Positions 53,697 through 64,000 of a stretch of 64,000 nt of DNA are shown piece after piece. A program made the translations under genes and the position numbers. The notes beneath the pieces are model-generated. The model worked only from the letters and a program-made list of their open reading frames with translations, was not told where the DNA came from and did not search any database. Source of the DNA: Eubacteriales bacterium (lineage in GTDB: Bacteria > Bacillota > Clostridia > Oscillospirales > CAG-272). How positions within the stretch are numbered: position 1 is the stretch's first letter; every line of letters begins with the position of its first letter. The stretch is from contig JAZNBB010000022.1 in the NCBI GenBank assembly GCA_045586845.1, positions 10,382-74,381 on the forward strand, written 5' to 3'.

Positions 53697-55706
53697 ATGG
53701 GTAAGATCAACGTGCTTTCCTTTGAGGTCGCCAATCTGATCGCCGCCGGTGAGGTGGTGGACAGACCCGCAAGTGCGATCAAGGAAATGATGGAAAACGC
53801 AATAGACGCAGGTGCGTCACGCATCACCGTGGAAATTCAGAACGGTGGCGTGACCTTTATGCGCGTGTCCGATAACGGGCACGGTATGCCGCCCGAGGAC
53901 CTGCCCATGGCTATCCGCCGACACGCCACCAGTAAGATCAGTGAGGCAGAGGATCTGGACGGCATTTGTACACTGGGATTTCGCGGTGAAGCACTTGCCG
54001 CGATTGCGGCGGTATCACGTCTGCGTATTCTTTCCAAAACTCCCGATGCCGCGCTCGGCGCGCAGATGGACGTACATTGCGGCGAGATCGTGGATATCGT
54101 GGAGCGTGGCTGTGCCGTGGGCACGACGGTCATTGCCGAGGATCTGTTTGCCAACGTGCCCGCGCGTCGCAAGTTCTTGAAGCGCGACGTGACCGAGGCG
54201 ATGGCGGTGTCTGCCAACGTGGAAAAGATCGCACTCTCGCACCCCGAGATTGCCTTTCGCTTGATCATTGACGGAAATGTCAAGCTGGAAACTGCGGGCG
54301 ACGGAAGTCTGAAAAGTGCGGTCTGGTCGGTGTTCGGCAAGGATTTCGCCTCACGCCTGATCGAGGTCGAGGGCGAATTTGAGGGTATTACAGTGCGGGG
54401 ATATATCGGCAGACCCGATAACGTGCGCCCCAATCGCAACTACCAGAATTTCTTTATCAACTCGCGCTACATCAAGAGCAAGACCGCGTCTGCCGCCCTT
54501 GAGCAAGCGTTTACTTCGTTTATCGCACCCGAAAAGTTCCCGTGTTGCGTGCTGTTTATCGGGCTGAATCCCACGCGCGTGGACGTCAACGTGCATCCTG
54601 CCAAATTGGAGGTCAAATTTACCAACGAAAAGCCTGTGTTTGAAAGCGTTTATTACGCGGTCAGACAGGCATTGGAAGCCAATACCGCACGCCCCGAGCT
54701 GCAGATCCCGACTAAAAAGCCGTCGGTTTCGGACGCCTTTACTTCGGTAGAGCGCGGCGAGTCGCTGCAAAAGCGCCAGTTGGGCATTGATGCCGCGCCT
54801 GTGCAGCCTAAGCAGGAGAATAAGTGGGAGCACCTGACCGCACAACAGTACGTGGAGCAATATATTCAAGGCGGTAAGGCGAGCGAGAAAAAAGCCGCTC
54901 CGCCCAAATCCGTAGGGCAGGGGTCAACTCCTGCCGCTCAACCCGCACCATCTGTAGGGACCGGCGTCCCCGACGGTCCGAAACCCGTAGAGACCGGCGT
55001 TCCCGACGAACCGAAACCCGCCGCTCAAATTCCCCCCTCGGTAGGCCAGGGGCTTGCTCCTGCTACCGAATCTCATACCCCGTTACCCGCAGAACCCGAA
55101 AAGCCTGTTATCCCCACCGCCCCAAAGGGAACATACCGTCTTGTCGGTGAGGTGTTCCATGCGTATCTGATCGTGGAGATCGGTGAGAGGATGTTGCTGA
55201 TTGATCAGCACGCGGCGCACGAGCGCATTTTGTTTGAGCAGCTCAAAGCCAATATGAAGGCGCGCGAGGTATCCTCGCAGCTCTTGATGTTGCCACTGGA
55301 GATCATGATGACCTCGGGTGAGGTGCAGACGATTGGTGATTTCCGTGCAGAGCTGGAGGCAGTCGGCTTTGGCTTTTCCACGGGCAAATTTACCGTGACC
55401 GTGGATGCCATTCCCGTAGGCTTGGAGGCGGATCAGGTGGCGCAAATGCTGCCCGTGGTTGCCGAGAGATTGCAGAGCGGGACGGGAAATGCGACATTGA
55501 CGCGCGATATCGTGTTTGAAAAGGCATTGTACCAGGGTGCGTGCAAGGCAGCCATCAAGGCAGGGCGCGTCTACGCTCCCGAGCATCTTGCTTGGGTGGT
55601 CGATCAGCTCATGGCACTGCCCGATATTACTTACTGCCCGCACGGCAGACCCGTTGCCATGGAAATGAGCAAGAAAAATCTTGACAGACAATTTGAAAGA
55701 TCATAA
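53697..55706 (+). CDS. mutL: DNA mismatch repair protein MutL
   Basis: GHKL ATPase motifs (VVDRPASAIKEMMENAIDAG, DNGHGM), a Pro-rich linker, and a C-terminal dimerisation/endonuclease region (DQHAAHERILFE). Confidence 0.95.
   Translation: MGKINVLSFEVANLIAAGEVVDRPASAIKEMMENAIDAGASRITVEIQNGGVTFMRVSDNGHGMPPEDLPMAIRRHATSKISEAEDLDGICTLGFRGEALAAIAAVSRLRILSKTPDAALGAQMDVHCGEIVDIVERGCAVGTTVIAEDLFANVPARRKFLKRDVTEAMAVSANVEKIALSHPEIAFRLIIDGNVKLETAGDGSLKSAVWSVFGKDFASRLIEVEGEFEGITVRGYIGRPDNVRPNRNYQNFFINSRYIKSKTASAALEQAFTSFIAPEKFPCCVLFIGLNPTRVDVNVHPAKLEVKFTNEKPVFESVYYAVRQALEANTARPELQIPTKKPSVSDAFTSVERGESLQKRQLGIDAAPVQPKQENKWEHLTAQQYVEQYIQGGKASEKKAAPPKSVGQGSTPAAQPAPSVGTGVPDGPKPVETGVPDEPKPAAQIPPSVGQGLAPATESHTPLPAEPEKPVIPTAPKGTYRLVGEVFHAYLIVEIGERMLLIDQHAAHERILFEQLKANMKAREVSSQLLMLPLEIMMTSGEVQTIGDFRAELEAVGFGFSTGKFTVTVDAIPVGLEADQVAQMLPVVAERLQSGTGNATLTRDIVFEKALYQGACKAAIKAGRVYAPEHLAWVVDQLMALPDITYCPHGRPVAMEMSKKNLDRQFERS
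54954..55019 (+). repeat. Tandem 33-bp direct repeat inside the mutL linker
   Basis: 54954-54986 and 54987-55019 differ at 4 of 33 positions and encode VGTGVPDGPKP / VETGVPDEPKP. Confidence 0.85.
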
Positions 55707-55756
55707 ATACATCAGGCGATATCCTGTACTGATATCTGCCTTGGAAAGGATAAGTT

Positions 55757-56893
55757 ATGTTCGAACTTAAGAAACAAGAGGGAAGAGCGCGCAGAGGCGT
55801 GCTGCATACTCCGCACGGCGATATTCAAACGCCGGTATTCATGAACGTAGGTACCTGCGCAGCCATCAAGGGCGGCGTGTCTACCGTAGAGCTCAAAACC
55901 ATTGACTGTCAGGTCGAGCTTTCCAACACCTACCATTTACACATCCGTCCCGGTGACAAGTTGATCCACGATATGGGCGGTCTTCACAAGTTCATGAACT
56001 GGGACAGACCGATCTTGACCGACTCGGGTGGATTTCAGGTCTTCTCGCTGTCCTCGCTGCGTAAGATCAAGGAGGAGGGCGTGTACTTTGCCTCGCATAT
56101 CGATGGCAAGCGCATCTTTATGGGACCCGAGGAAAGTATGCAGATTCAGTCAAACCTCGCTTCCACCATTGCCATGGCGTTTGACGAGTGTGTAGAAAAC
56201 CCTGCAACTTACGAATACGTCAAGCAATCCTCCGAGCGTACCATTCGTTGGCTGGCACGCTGTAAGGCAGAGATGCAAAGACTGAACAGTCTGCCCGGCA
56301 CCATCAACAAGCAGCAGATGCTGTTTGGCATCAACCAGGGCGGTACCTATGAAGATCTGCGAATTGATAATATGCAGCGCATTGCAGAGCTTGATCTGGA
56401 CGGATATGCGATCGGCGGTCTTGCCGTGGGCGAGAGCACCGAGGATATGTACCGCATTATTGATGCGGTCGAGCCGCATATGCCCAAGCATAAGCCTCGA
56501 TACCTTATGGGTGTGGGTACGCCCTGCAATATCATTGAAGCGGTGCATCTTGGCGTTGATTTCTTTGACTGCGTCATGCCCTCGCGCAACGCACGACACG
56601 GCACGCTGTTTACCTGGGAAGGCAAGATGAGCGTGCTTAACGAAAAGTATGCACGTGACCCGCGCCCCATTGGTGTGACCTGCGATTGCCCTACCTGTCA
56701 GAATTACAGCCGTTCCTATATCCGCCATCTGATCAAGGCAAAGGAGTCGCTTGGTATGCGTCTTGCCGTACAGCATAATCTGTATTTCTATAATCAGCTG
56801 ACCCGTCGCATCCGCGAGGCGTTGGATGAGGGCAGGTTTGAGGAATTCTATCAGAGATATCACGTAGCACTTGGCGAAAGGAATCCCGACTGA
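55757..56893 (+). CDS. tgt: Queuine tRNA-ribosyltransferase
   Basis: LTDSGGFQV, GGLAVGE, and the zinc site CDCPTC...H. Confidence 0.95.
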   Translation: MFELKKQEGRARRGVLHTPHGDIQTPVFMNVGTCAAIKGGVSTVELKTIDCQVELSNTYHLHIRPGDKLIHDMGGLHKFMNWDRPILTDSGGFQVFSLSSLRKIKEEGVYFASHIDGKRIFMGPEESMQIQSNLASTIAMAFDECVENPATYEYVKQSSERTIRWLARCKAEMQRLNSLPGTINKQQMLFGINQGGTYEDLRIDNMQRIAELDLDGYAIGGLAVGESTEDMYRIIDAVEPHMPKHKPRYLMGVGTPCNIIEAVHLGVDFFDCVMPSRNARHGTLFTWEGKMSVLNEKYARDPRPIGVTCDCPTCQNYSRSYIRHLIKAKESLGMRLAVQHNLYFYNQLTRRIREALDEGRFEEFYQRYHVALGERNPD

Positions 56894-57561
56894 TGATCAA
56901 AGCGGTCATTTTTGACAAGGACGGCACGCTGCATGATACCGAGCAGGTTTATCACCGCGCATGGCGCACGGCGGCAGAGCAGATGGGTGTGCCCAATATC
57001 ATGGAGTTTGTTGCGATCTGTACCGGAACAAACTTTACAAGAACTGCCGAGCTGTGGCAAGAGTTTTACGGCGATGCATTTGCATTTCGCCCCTTTTGGG
57101 AGTTGCGCAACGCCATCTATGACCAAATGATTGCCGAGGAGGGCTTGCCGATCAAGCCGGGAGCGTACGAGCTGCTGGATTACTTAAAGGACAACGGCTA
57201 TCGCATCGGTCTTGCTACCTCCACCAATGCGCCCAGAGTAGAGCTTCACCTTGAACAATCCGACATGAAGAAATATTTTGACGCCGTGGTCACGGGAGAC
57301 ACCGTGCCGAACGGAAAGCCTGCGCCCGATATTTTTCTGCGCACGGCAGCGCAGTTAGGCATCTCTCCTGCCGATTGTATGGGCGTGGAGGACTCGTTCA
57401 ACGGCGTGCGCGCTGTCAAAGCAGCGGGTATGCATACGGTCATGGTGCCGGATATGATACAGCCTACTAAAGAAATTCTGGAGATTACCGATGATTGTGT
57501 GCGTGAACTCGGGCAGATCATTACCATACTTGAAAACATGAAAGGAAATCAAGAATCATGA
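56893..57561 (+). CDS. HAD-superfamily hydrolase (beta-phosphoglucomutase-like subfamily)
   Basis: Motif I VIFDKDGTL, motif II ATST, and the GKPAPDIF / EDS motifs. Confidence 0.8.
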   Translation: MIKAVIFDKDGTLHDTEQVYHRAWRTAAEQMGVPNIMEFVAICTGTNFTRTAELWQEFYGDAFAFRPFWELRNAIYDQMIAEEGLPIKPGAYELLDYLKDNGYRIGLATSTNAPRVELHLEQSDMKKYFDAVVTGDTVPNGKPAPDIFLRTAAQLGISPADCMGVEDSFNGVRAVKAAGMHTVMVPDMIQPTKEILEITDDCVRELGQIITILENMKGNQES

Positions 57562-58937
57562 TTGATAAAAGACTTGCCGAGGAGGTTCTCGGAATCGCTC
57601 TTTCCGGAGGAGGCGATTTTGCCGAGATCTATCAGGAATTGACGCAAAACGGCAACGTCCGTTTGCTGGACGGCAAAATTGAAGCTATTGGTGATAACGT
57701 ACTGTCCGGTGTGGGTATCCGTACCTTTATCGGCACGCAGACGGTATATGCCACCACCTCGGACATTTCCAAAGAGGGACTGATCCGCTGTGCCAAGAGC
57801 GTTGCACAAGCGGTCGGCGAGATCAAGGGTGCGGTCAGCGTGCGCCTTTGTGAGCGAATTTTTCCCAATATCCATCCTGTTACCATGGTACCCGCAACGG
57901 CAGATATGAAGTATAAGATCGATCTGCTCAAGGCGGCTTGCACTACTGCAAAGGACTATGATGCAAGCATCGTGCAGGTTGCAGGAACCCTCTTGACCGT
58001 GGATCACTCAATTTTGGTTGCTAACTCCGAAGGGCTGTATACTACCGACAGACATATCCGCACGCGTATGGCGGTCAACGCGGTTGCCTCCAACGGTACC
58101 GAGAACCAGTCCGGTGCCTGCTCGCCCGGTCGCGGTATGGGGCTGGAGGTGTTTGATATGTTCCGCCCCGAGGACATTGGTCGCCAGGCGGCGAGACAGG
58201 CTGTGGTAAATCTGAATGCAGATTATTGCCCCGCAGGCAAGATGACAGTTGCCATTGAAAACGGTTTTGGGGGAGTGATCTTCCATGAGGCTTGCGGACA
58301 CTCGTTGGAGGCAACCTCGGTTGCCATCGGCGCATCGCAGATGGCAGGCAAGCTGGGTCAGATGATCGCCAACCCCAAGGTGACCGCCATCGACGACGGT
58401 ACCATCGCCAATGCATGGGGCTCTGTCAACGTTGTCGACGAGGGGAATCCTACCCGTCGCAACGTGCTGATTGAAAACGGTGTGCTCAAGAGCTATATGA
58501 TCGACCGTCTGGGATCTCGCCGCATGGGTCTGCCCATGACGGGAAACAGCCGCAGACAGGGCTACGAGTACGAGCCCACCAGCCGTATGACTAACACCTT
58601 TATCGATAACGGCCCCGATAAAAATGAGGATATTATTGCCTCTATTGAATACGGTCTGTACGCTAAGGAAATGGGCGGTGGCTCGGTCAATCCCTTGACG
58701 GGTGCCTTTAATTTTGCCGTGCGCGAGGGTTACATTGTGCGTAACGGCAAGATCTGTGAAGCGGTACGCGGTGCTTCGCTGATCGGTACGGGCTCGCAGA
58801 TCCTTAAGGATATCGACATGGTAGGTCAGAACCTTGCCACCGGACAGGGTATGTGCGGCTCGTCAAGCGGCAGTGTACCCACCGACGTAGGTCAGCCGCT
58901 TATCCGTGTTTCCGAGATCACGGTCGGCGGCAGATGA
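57558..58937 (+). CDS. tldD: Metalloprotease TldD
   Basis: HEACGH metal-binding motif and TldD/PmbA fold sequence. ATGA overlap with the upstream gene. Confidence 0.85.
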   Translation: MIDKRLAEEVLGIALSGGGDFAEIYQELTQNGNVRLLDGKIEAIGDNVLSGVGIRTFIGTQTVYATTSDISKEGLIRCAKSVAQAVGEIKGAVSVRLCERIFPNIHPVTMVPATADMKYKIDLLKAACTTAKDYDASIVQVAGTLLTVDHSILVANSEGLYTTDRHIRTRMAVNAVASNGTENQSGACSPGRGMGLEVFDMFRPEDIGRQAARQAVVNLNADYCPAGKMTVAIENGFGGVIFHEACGHSLEATSVAIGASQMAGKLGQMIANPKVTAIDDGTIANAWGSVNVVDEGNPTRRNVLIENGVLKSYMIDRLGSRRMGLPMTGNSRRQGYEYEPTSRMTNTFIDNGPDKNEDIIASIEYGLYAKEMGGGSVNPLTGAFNFAVREGYIVRNGKICEAVRGASLIGTGSQILKDIDMVGQNLATGQGMCGSSSGSVPTDVGQPLIRVSEITVGGR

Positions 58938-58949
58938 TTCAGGAGGTTT

Positions 58950-60296
58950 ATGATGGAACTGACAAGAGCAAAACAGATCATTTTCGACGCTGCAAAGGCA
59001 GCCGGTCTTGAAGAATATGAGATTTACTATATGAACGGCGTAAGCCTTTCCGCGGAAGCACTCAAGGACACTCTGAGCGGCTTTAGCTGTGGGGAGGGCG
59101 GCGGTATCAGTCTGCGCTGCATTGTTGACGGCAAGATGGGATATGCATCCACCGAGTTGTTTACCGAAGCAGAGCTTTCGGATCTGGTACGCCGCGCTTG
59201 TGACAACGCGCGCTATATTGAAAAGGAAGATACCGCGCCTATCTTTGCGGGCTCGGAAAGTTATGCAACGCTTAATCTCCCCAATTTTGTTCCGTTGAGT
59301 GCAGCAGAAGCCAAGGCAATGACGTTGGATATGCAAGCGCAGGTCTACGCCGCACACGAGGGCGTGACCGACGGTACGCAGTCTGCCTGCATCTCCTCCT
59401 CGACAGAAATCTATCTGTGCAACTCGCACGGACTGGAGCTTTCCAACCGTGTAGGACTCAACGGTATTTACGCTATGCCCATTGTCAAGATTGGCGAGGA
59501 GAGTGCGGATGCGTTTGCATTTGCGCTATGCTCGGATAAGGAAAAGGTAGCCGCCCTTGCAAACAAGGCAACCGATGAAGCAGTAGCCAAAATCGGTGCG
59601 GGTAGCGTTGCATCCGGTAAATATAACATCGTTCTTGCAGGTAGTGAGATGCGCTCCATTCTCTCGGTGTTCGCAAGTGTGTTTTCCGCAAAGAACGCCC
59701 AGCTGGGGCTTTCATTGCTGGCAGGTAAAGAAGGGCAGAGGATCGCTGCAGATTGCGTCAGCATCGTGGATGATCCCATGAGAGAGGGTGCGCCCATGCA
59801 GACCCATTTTGACGGTGAAGGTGTTGCAACCTACAAGAAGAACGTGATCAAGGATGGCGTGCTGTGTACGCTTTTGTACGATCTGACAACTGCTGCCAAG
59901 GCAGGTGTGGCTTCTACGGGCAACGGCAAGCGTGGCTCGTATGCGTCTACGGTTGAGGTCGCTCCCTTTAACTTCAGTATCTGTCCCGGCACGTTGACCG
60001 AGGATGAGCTATTGGCAAAGGCGGAGAATGGTATTTATATTACCGAGGTCAAGGGATTGCACGCAGGTGCGGATGCAACGACCGGCGACTTCTCGATTGA
60101 GAGCGAGGGCTTTATGATCAAAAACGGTAAAAAGGCAGGATACGTGCGCTCCTTTACCATTGCGGGTAACTTCTTTGAATTACTGAGGAGCATTGACAGC
60201 CTTTCCGATACGGTTGACTGGGGGATTCCCGGTGGCTTTACCGTGTTTGGCGCTCCCGCAGTATTGGTGCGCGATATGAGCGTTGCGGGAAAGTAA
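58950..60296 (+). CDS. pmbA: TldD partner protein PmbA/TldE
   Basis: Paralogous TldD/PmbA-family sequence lacking the HExxxH motif, immediately downstream of tldD. Confidence 0.8.
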   Translation: MMELTRAKQIIFDAAKAAGLEEYEIYYMNGVSLSAEALKDTLSGFSCGEGGGISLRCIVDGKMGYASTELFTEAELSDLVRRACDNARYIEKEDTAPIFAGSESYATLNLPNFVPLSAAEAKAMTLDMQAQVYAAHEGVTDGTQSACISSSTEIYLCNSHGLELSNRVGLNGIYAMPIVKIGEESADAFAFALCSDKEKVAALANKATDEAVAKIGAGSVASGKYNIVLAGSEMRSILSVFASVFSAKNAQLGLSLLAGKEGQRIAADCVSIVDDPMREGAPMQTHFDGEGVATYKKNVIKDGVLCTLLYDLTTAAKAGVASTGNGKRGSYASTVEVAPFNFSICPGTLTEDELLAKAENGIYITEVKGLHAGADATTGDFSIESEGFMIKNGKKAGYVRSFTIAGNFFELLRSIDSLSDTVDWGIPGGFTVFGAPAVLVRDMSVAGK

Positions 60297-60314
60297 TCAA
60301 AAATGAATGAAACA

Positions 60315-60353
60315 ACGTCTCGGATACTGATGCATCCGAGGCGTCATTTTTTT
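60315..60353 (+). terminator. Rho-independent terminator after pmbA
   Basis: 11-bp stem ACGTCTCGGAT with ATCCGAGGCGT (one G-U pair), followed by CATTTTTTT. Confidence 0.75.
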
Positions 60354-60382
60354 GCTTTTTGGGAGAAAAATTGCAATTCCTC

Positions 60383-60411
60383 TTGACAAAAACTGCATTT
60401 TTGTATATAAT
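60383..60411 (+). promoter_or_regulatory. sigma-A promoter of rny
   Basis: TTGACA (60383-60388), 17-nt spacer, TATAAT (60406-60411). Confidence 0.65.
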
Positions 60412-60492
60412 AAGATAAGTATTGTAAACTGCATAAAGTGTTTTTTGCTATACTGACATAGAATAAATACAGAAAAGGAGGTGCACAAGAAA

Positions 60493-62052
60493 ATGCCATG
60501 GGATAACCCCATATTTTGGGTTTGCATTGCGGTTGTGGCTGTGGTAGGCATCGGCGCGGGCGCACTGATCGGTATTCTGTACCGCAAAAAGGTTGCAGAG
60601 AGATTGATCGGTTCGGCTGAACAGAAGGCAAAGGTGATCGTCCAAGAAGGCGAAAAACAGGCTGCCTCGGCGCAGAAGGAAGCTATGCTCTCTGCAAAGG
60701 AAGACATTATGCGTCAGCGTAACGATTTTGAGCGAGAGATGAAGGAACGCAGAAACGAAGTTTCCAGAATCGAGTCACGACTTGCCAAGAAGGAAGAAAC
60801 GCTTGAGAAAAAGACCGAGCAGGTTGAACACAAGAGCGAGCAGCTTGATAAGAAGATCAAGGAAAACGAGCAGTTCCGCGAGTTGATCGCAGAGCAGCTC
60901 AAAATGCAAATGAACAAATTGGAGACCATTGCAGGCTATTCCGCCGAGCAGGCTAAGGAAGAATTGGTTGCACGCGTGGAAAACGAGGCTAAGGAAGAAA
61001 TTGCCAGACGCCTTGAGGAGCTTGAAGCACAGTACAAGGAAGATGCCGAGGAAAAGGCTCGTGACATCATCACACTTGCCATTCAGCGTTATGCATCCGA
61101 TCAGGTTGCAGAGGTGACCATTTCGACCGTCGCGCTCCCCAATGACGACATGAAGGGACGCATCATCGGTAGAGAAGGCAGAAACATTCAGCAGCTTGAA
61201 AAGTTGACGGGCGTTGAGTTGATCGTGGACGATACACCCGAGACCATCATTCTTTCGGGCTTTGATCCGGTTCGCCGTGAAGTGGCAAGATTGGCACTTG
61301 AAAAGCTGATCTCCGACGGCAGAATTCACCCTACCCGAATTGAGGAAATGGTGGAAAAGGCAAAGAGAGAGGTCGACACAGCAGTCAAGCAGGCGGGTGA
61401 GCGTGCTATCTATGAAGTAGGCGTTCGTAATCTCAATCCCGAGCTTGTCAGACTCTTAGGCAGACTTCGTTACAGAACCAGTTACGGACAAAACGTACTC
61501 AAGCACTCCATTGAAGTCGCATTTCTTGCAGGTGTGATGGCAGAGGAACTGGGCGTGGATGCAACGCTTGCACGCCGCGCAGGTTTGCTTCATGATATCG
61601 GTAAGGCATTCCCACAGGATGTGGAAGGCACACACGTACAGATTGGTGTGAATGCACTCAAGAAGTACAAGGAAAACCGCGAAGTGGTACATGCTGTTGA
61701 AGCACATCACAACGATGTGGAGCCCAAGACCGTGATCGCTTTCCTGGTACAGGCAGCTGACGCCATTTCGGCAGCCAGACCCGGTGCTCGCAGAGAGGAC
61801 ATGGAAAACTACATCAAGCGCCTTGAAAAGATTGAGGAGATTGCAAAGTCCTTCGGCGGAGTTGATAAAGCGTATGCAATTCAGGCAGGTCGAGAGATCC
61901 GCGTTATGGTCAACCCCGATACCGTCAATGACGATAACATGAAGGTGGTTGCAAGACAGATGGCTGAAAAGATCCAGAATGAGGTACAGTACCCCGGTCA
62001 GATCAAGATCAATATCATCCGCGAAAGCCGCGTTGTGGATTACGCAAAGTAA
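60493..62052 (+). CDS. rny: Ribonuclease Y
   Basis: N-terminal TM helix, coiled coil, KH ([12 protein letters not shown]) and HD (LLHDIGK) domains. The ATG at 60493 lies 11 nt after GGAGG. Confidence 0.95.
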   Translation: MPWDNPIFWVCIAVVAVVGIGAGALIGILYRKKVAERLIGSAEQKAKVIVQEGEKQAASAQKEAMLSAKEDIMRQRNDFEREMKERRNEVSRIESRLAKKEETLEKKTEQVEHKSEQLDKKIKENEQFRELIAEQLKMQMNKLETIAGYSAEQAKEELVARVENEAKEEIARRLEELEAQYKEDAEEKARDIITLAIQRYASDQVAEVTISTVALPNDDMKGRIIGREGRNIQQLEKLTGVELIVDDTPETIILSGFDPVRREVARLALEKLISDGRIHPTRIEEMVEKAKREVDTAVKQAGERAIYEVGVRNLNPELVRLLGRLRYRTSYGQNVLKHSIEVAFLAGVMAEELGVDATLARRAGLLHDIGKAFPQDVEGTHVQIGVNALKKYKENREVVHAVEAHHNDVEPKTVIAFLVQAADAISAARPGARREDMENYIKRLEKIEEIAKSFGGVDKAYAIQAGREIRVMVNPDTVNDDNMKVVARQMAEKIQNEVQYPGQIKINIIRESRVVDYAK

Positions 62053-62193
62053 TGGCAAAGTAATTTTCGCACTCAAAAAATATTGCAAAAAAAGATTGCC
62101 CATCAGGGATTTTCATAGAGTTTATATAAATTCCCACAGCAGACAATCAGCGCATCAAAATGCGTTGCAAAGATATATTTTGAAGAGAAACGA

Positions 62194-62226
62194 GCAAAGC
62201 CGTCACCGGTTCGGTGGCGGCTTTGC
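62194..62226 (+). terminator. Probable terminator about 140 nt downstream of rny
   Basis: 14-bp stem GCAAAGCCGTCACC with GGTGGCGGCTTTGC (one G-U pair). The U-tract after it is poor. Confidence 0.5.
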
Positions 62227-62324
62227 TAATGCTTTGAAAATAAACAAAATGTAGAAAAATAAACAATAAATAAAATCTACAAGGAAAAGACGCGAAAAAA
62301 CCTACGAGTGCTTTGCGATATTGC

Positions 62325-62353
62325 TTGACAATTGCATATATCTGTGGTAAAAT
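62325..62353 (+). promoter_or_regulatory. sigma-A promoter of glyQS
   Basis: TTGACA (62325-62330), 17-nt spacer, extended -10 TGgTAAAAT (62345-62353). Confidence 0.65.
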
Positions 62354-62407
62354 AAAGTATTATCATGGGAGAATATGGGGACCTGTCAATCCCTGCGGAG
62401 GTATCAT

Positions 62408-63805
62408 ATGAACAATACTGAAAAAACAATGGAAAAAATCGTTGCTCTGTGCAAAAACAGAGGCTTTATCTATCCCGGTTCCGAAATTTATGGCGGGCTG
62501 GCAAACTCTTGGGATTACGGTCCTTTGGGTGTGGAATTCAAGAACAACGTCAAGAAGGCTTGGTGGAAGAAGTTTGTGCAGGAGTCTCGCTATAACGTGG
62601 GTCTTGACAGTGCGATTATCATGAATCCCCAAACTTGGGTAGCATCCGGTCACCTGGGCGGCTTTTCTGACCCTCTGATGGACTGCAAGGTCTGCCGTGC
62701 ACGTCACAGAGCTGACAAGCTGATTGAGGATTACGCGTTCCAAAATGGTCTTGAGGACAATCCTGCAGGCTGGACCGATGAAGAAATGATGGCTTACATC
62801 AAGGAAAAGCACATCTGCTGCCCCGATTGCGGTTCGGGTGATTTTACCAATATCCGTAAGTTCAATTTGATGTTCAAGACCTTTATCGGCGTTACCGAGG
62901 AGTCCTCAAATACGGTATACCTGCGCCCCGAGACCGCACAGGGTATCTTTGTGCAGTTCAAGAACGTGGCACGCTCCTGCCGCAAAAAGATGCCTTTCGG
63001 TGTAGGTCAGATCGGTAAGTCTTTCCGTAACGAGATCACCCCCGGCAACTTTGTGTTCAGAACACGCGAGTTCGAGCAGATGGAGCTGGAGTTCTTCTGC
63101 AAGCCCGGTACCGATCTTGAATGGTTCCAATACTGGAGATCCTATTGCGAAAATTGGCTGATCAACTTGGGCATGAGAAGAGAGAATATGCGTTTGCGTG
63201 ACCATAGCGCAGAGGAGTTGTGCTTCTATTCCAAGGGCACGACAGACATTGAGTTCTTGTTCCCGTTCGGTTGGGGTGAGCTGTGGGGCATTGCCGACAG
63301 AACCGACTATGACCTGACCCAGCACCAGAACGTATCGGGCGAGAGTATGGAGTATTTCGATCCGGAGACCAACGAAAAGTATATTCCTTACGTTATCGAG
63401 CCCTCTTTGGGAGCTGACCGCGTTGCCCTTGCTTTTCTGTGCGACGCATATGACGAAGAGGTGGTTGACCCTGCCAAGAATGACGTGCGCGTGGTACTGC
63501 ACCTGCATCCTGCTCTCGCACCCGTCAAAGTTGCAGTTCTGCCTCTTTCCAAGAAGCTTTCCGATAAGGCAGGAGAGGTCTTTGACGAGCTTGCTAAGTA
63601 CTATAACTGTGAATTTGACGAAACCGGCTCGATCGGTAAACGTTACCGCCGCCAGGACGAGATCGGTACGCCTCTTTGCGTGACCTATGACTTTGACTCC
63701 GAGAACGACGGTTGCGTGACCATTCGTGACAGAGATACCATGGAGCAGGTGCGTTTGCCCATCTCCGAGCTCAAGGCTTATATCGACAAGGTGGTTGCAT
63801 TCTGA
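62408..63805 (+). CDS. glyQS: Glycine--tRNA ligase (homodimeric class II type)
   Basis: [28 protein letters not shown] and GADRV motifs. The ATG at 62408 follows gcggagg. Confidence 0.95.
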   Translation: MNNTEKTMEKIVALCKNRGFIYPGSEIYGGLANSWDYGPLGVEFKNNVKKAWWKKFVQESRYNVGLDSAIIMNPQTWVASGHLGGFSDPLMDCKVCRARHRADKLIEDYAFQNGLEDNPAGWTDEEMMAYIKEKHICCPDCGSGDFTNIRKFNLMFKTFIGVTEESSNTVYLRPETAQGIFVQFKNVARSCRKKMPFGVGQIGKSFRNEITPGNFVFRTREFEQMELEFFCKPGTDLEWFQYWRSYCENWLINLGMRRENMRLRDHSAEELCFYSKGTTDIEFLFPFGWGELWGIADRTDYDLTQHQNVSGESMEYFDPETNEKYIPYVIEPSLGADRVALAFLCDAYDEEVVDPAKNDVRVVLHLHPALAPVKVAVLPLSKKLSDKAGEVFDELAKYYNCEFDETGSIGKRYRRQDEIGTPLCVTYDFDSENDGCVTIRDRDTMEQVRLPISELKAYIDKVVAF

Positions 63806-64000
63806 TGAATCATTTTCCTCTTGCAGGAACATTGGTTAACACCGGCACGGTTATTCTCGGTTCCCTGATCGGTATTGCAATCCACGCAATTTCAAAAAAA
63901 GGCAAGCTCAAAAGCCAAAGATTTGCCGAAATGTCTAAGTCGATCATGAATGGCTTGGGCCTTGCCGTGGTTATGGTAGGCGTTGGCGGTGCGCTGACGG
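63805..64000 (+). CDS. DUF554-like membrane protein (5' part only, truncated by the window end)
   Basis: ATG at 63805 overlaps the glyQS stop (TGATG). My own translation reads [27 protein letters not shown]...GLGLAVVMVGVGGAL with no stop up to 64000. Resembles YqgA/DUF554 N-termini. Confidence 0.5.
   Translation, partial: MNHFPLAGTLVNTGTVILGSLIGIAIHAISKKGKLKSQRFAEMSKSIMNGLGLAVVMVGVGGALT

Noticed and set aside
62053-62193. Long (~140-nt) untranslated stretch between the rny stop and the terminator hairpin, as a possible 3'-UTR-derived small RNA.
   Set aside because: It shows only weak hairpins and no convincing promoter. There is not enough sequence evidence to call a feature.
62230-62407. 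Expected a glycine T-box leader upstream of glyQS.
   Set aside because: The promoter (62325-62353) leaves only ~50 nt of leader. I found no T-box consensus, specifier hairpin or terminator/antiterminator pair.
1-64000. Searched for CRISPR repeats, transposase/integrase/recombinase genes, toxin-antitoxin pairs, restriction-modification or other known defence modules, and rRNA or tRNA genes.
   Set aside because: None seen. All intergenic regions over 150 nt are explained by promoters, terminators or leaders, apart from the lon-infC gap reported above. This was by-eye inspection only, so short tRNA-like elements cannot be formally excluded.

Overview
64-kb chromosomal core segment of an endospore-forming, moderately GC-rich Firmicute with Clostridia-like gene order (taxon is inference only). 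I support about 57 protein-coding genes. I saw no rRNA or tRNA, no CRISPR array, and no transposase, integrase, phage or recognisable defence genes. Positions 1994-13237 form a minus-strand block: rluB, dacB-like PBP, ytfI/ytfJ-like sporulation genes, scpB-scpA, site-2 protease, lysA, engB, lon. From 13.9 kb onward all genes are on the plus strand. They start with infC-rpmI-rplT behind an L20-type attenuator leader, followed by a tightly coupled housekeeping run: trmH-family, dprA, topA, trmFO, rnc, radical-SAM, smc, ftsY, rdgB, yhbY, nadD, yqeK, rsfS. Further downstream are a complete spoIIIAA-AH operon, a P-loop ATPase, miaB, a ymcA/ylbF-like gene, mutS-mutL, tgt, a HAD hydrolase, tldD-pmbA, rny, glyQS and a truncated DUF554 gene. 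The only accessory-looking stretch is 30.3-43.1 kb. It holds a secreted, membrane-anchored hypothetical protein and four tandem paralogous solute-binding-protein-fold lipoproteins with no transporter partner anywhere in the window. These are followed by a 1263-aa lipoprotein combining a lamin-tail domain, a CotH atypical-kinase core and a seven-blade RCC1-like propeller, and then a small zinc-ribbon membrane protein directly upstream of spoIIIA. This lipoprotein cluster is my best candidate for an undescribed system. Secondary observations: a candidate ~175-nt structured RNA with its own promoter and terminator between lon and infC, a non-AUG (ATC) infC start, candidate operator palindromes and repeats, a tandem 33-bp repeat in the mutL linker, and a Cys-rich tail on the YmcA-like protein. 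All domain calls come from motif recognition by eye; no searches were run.
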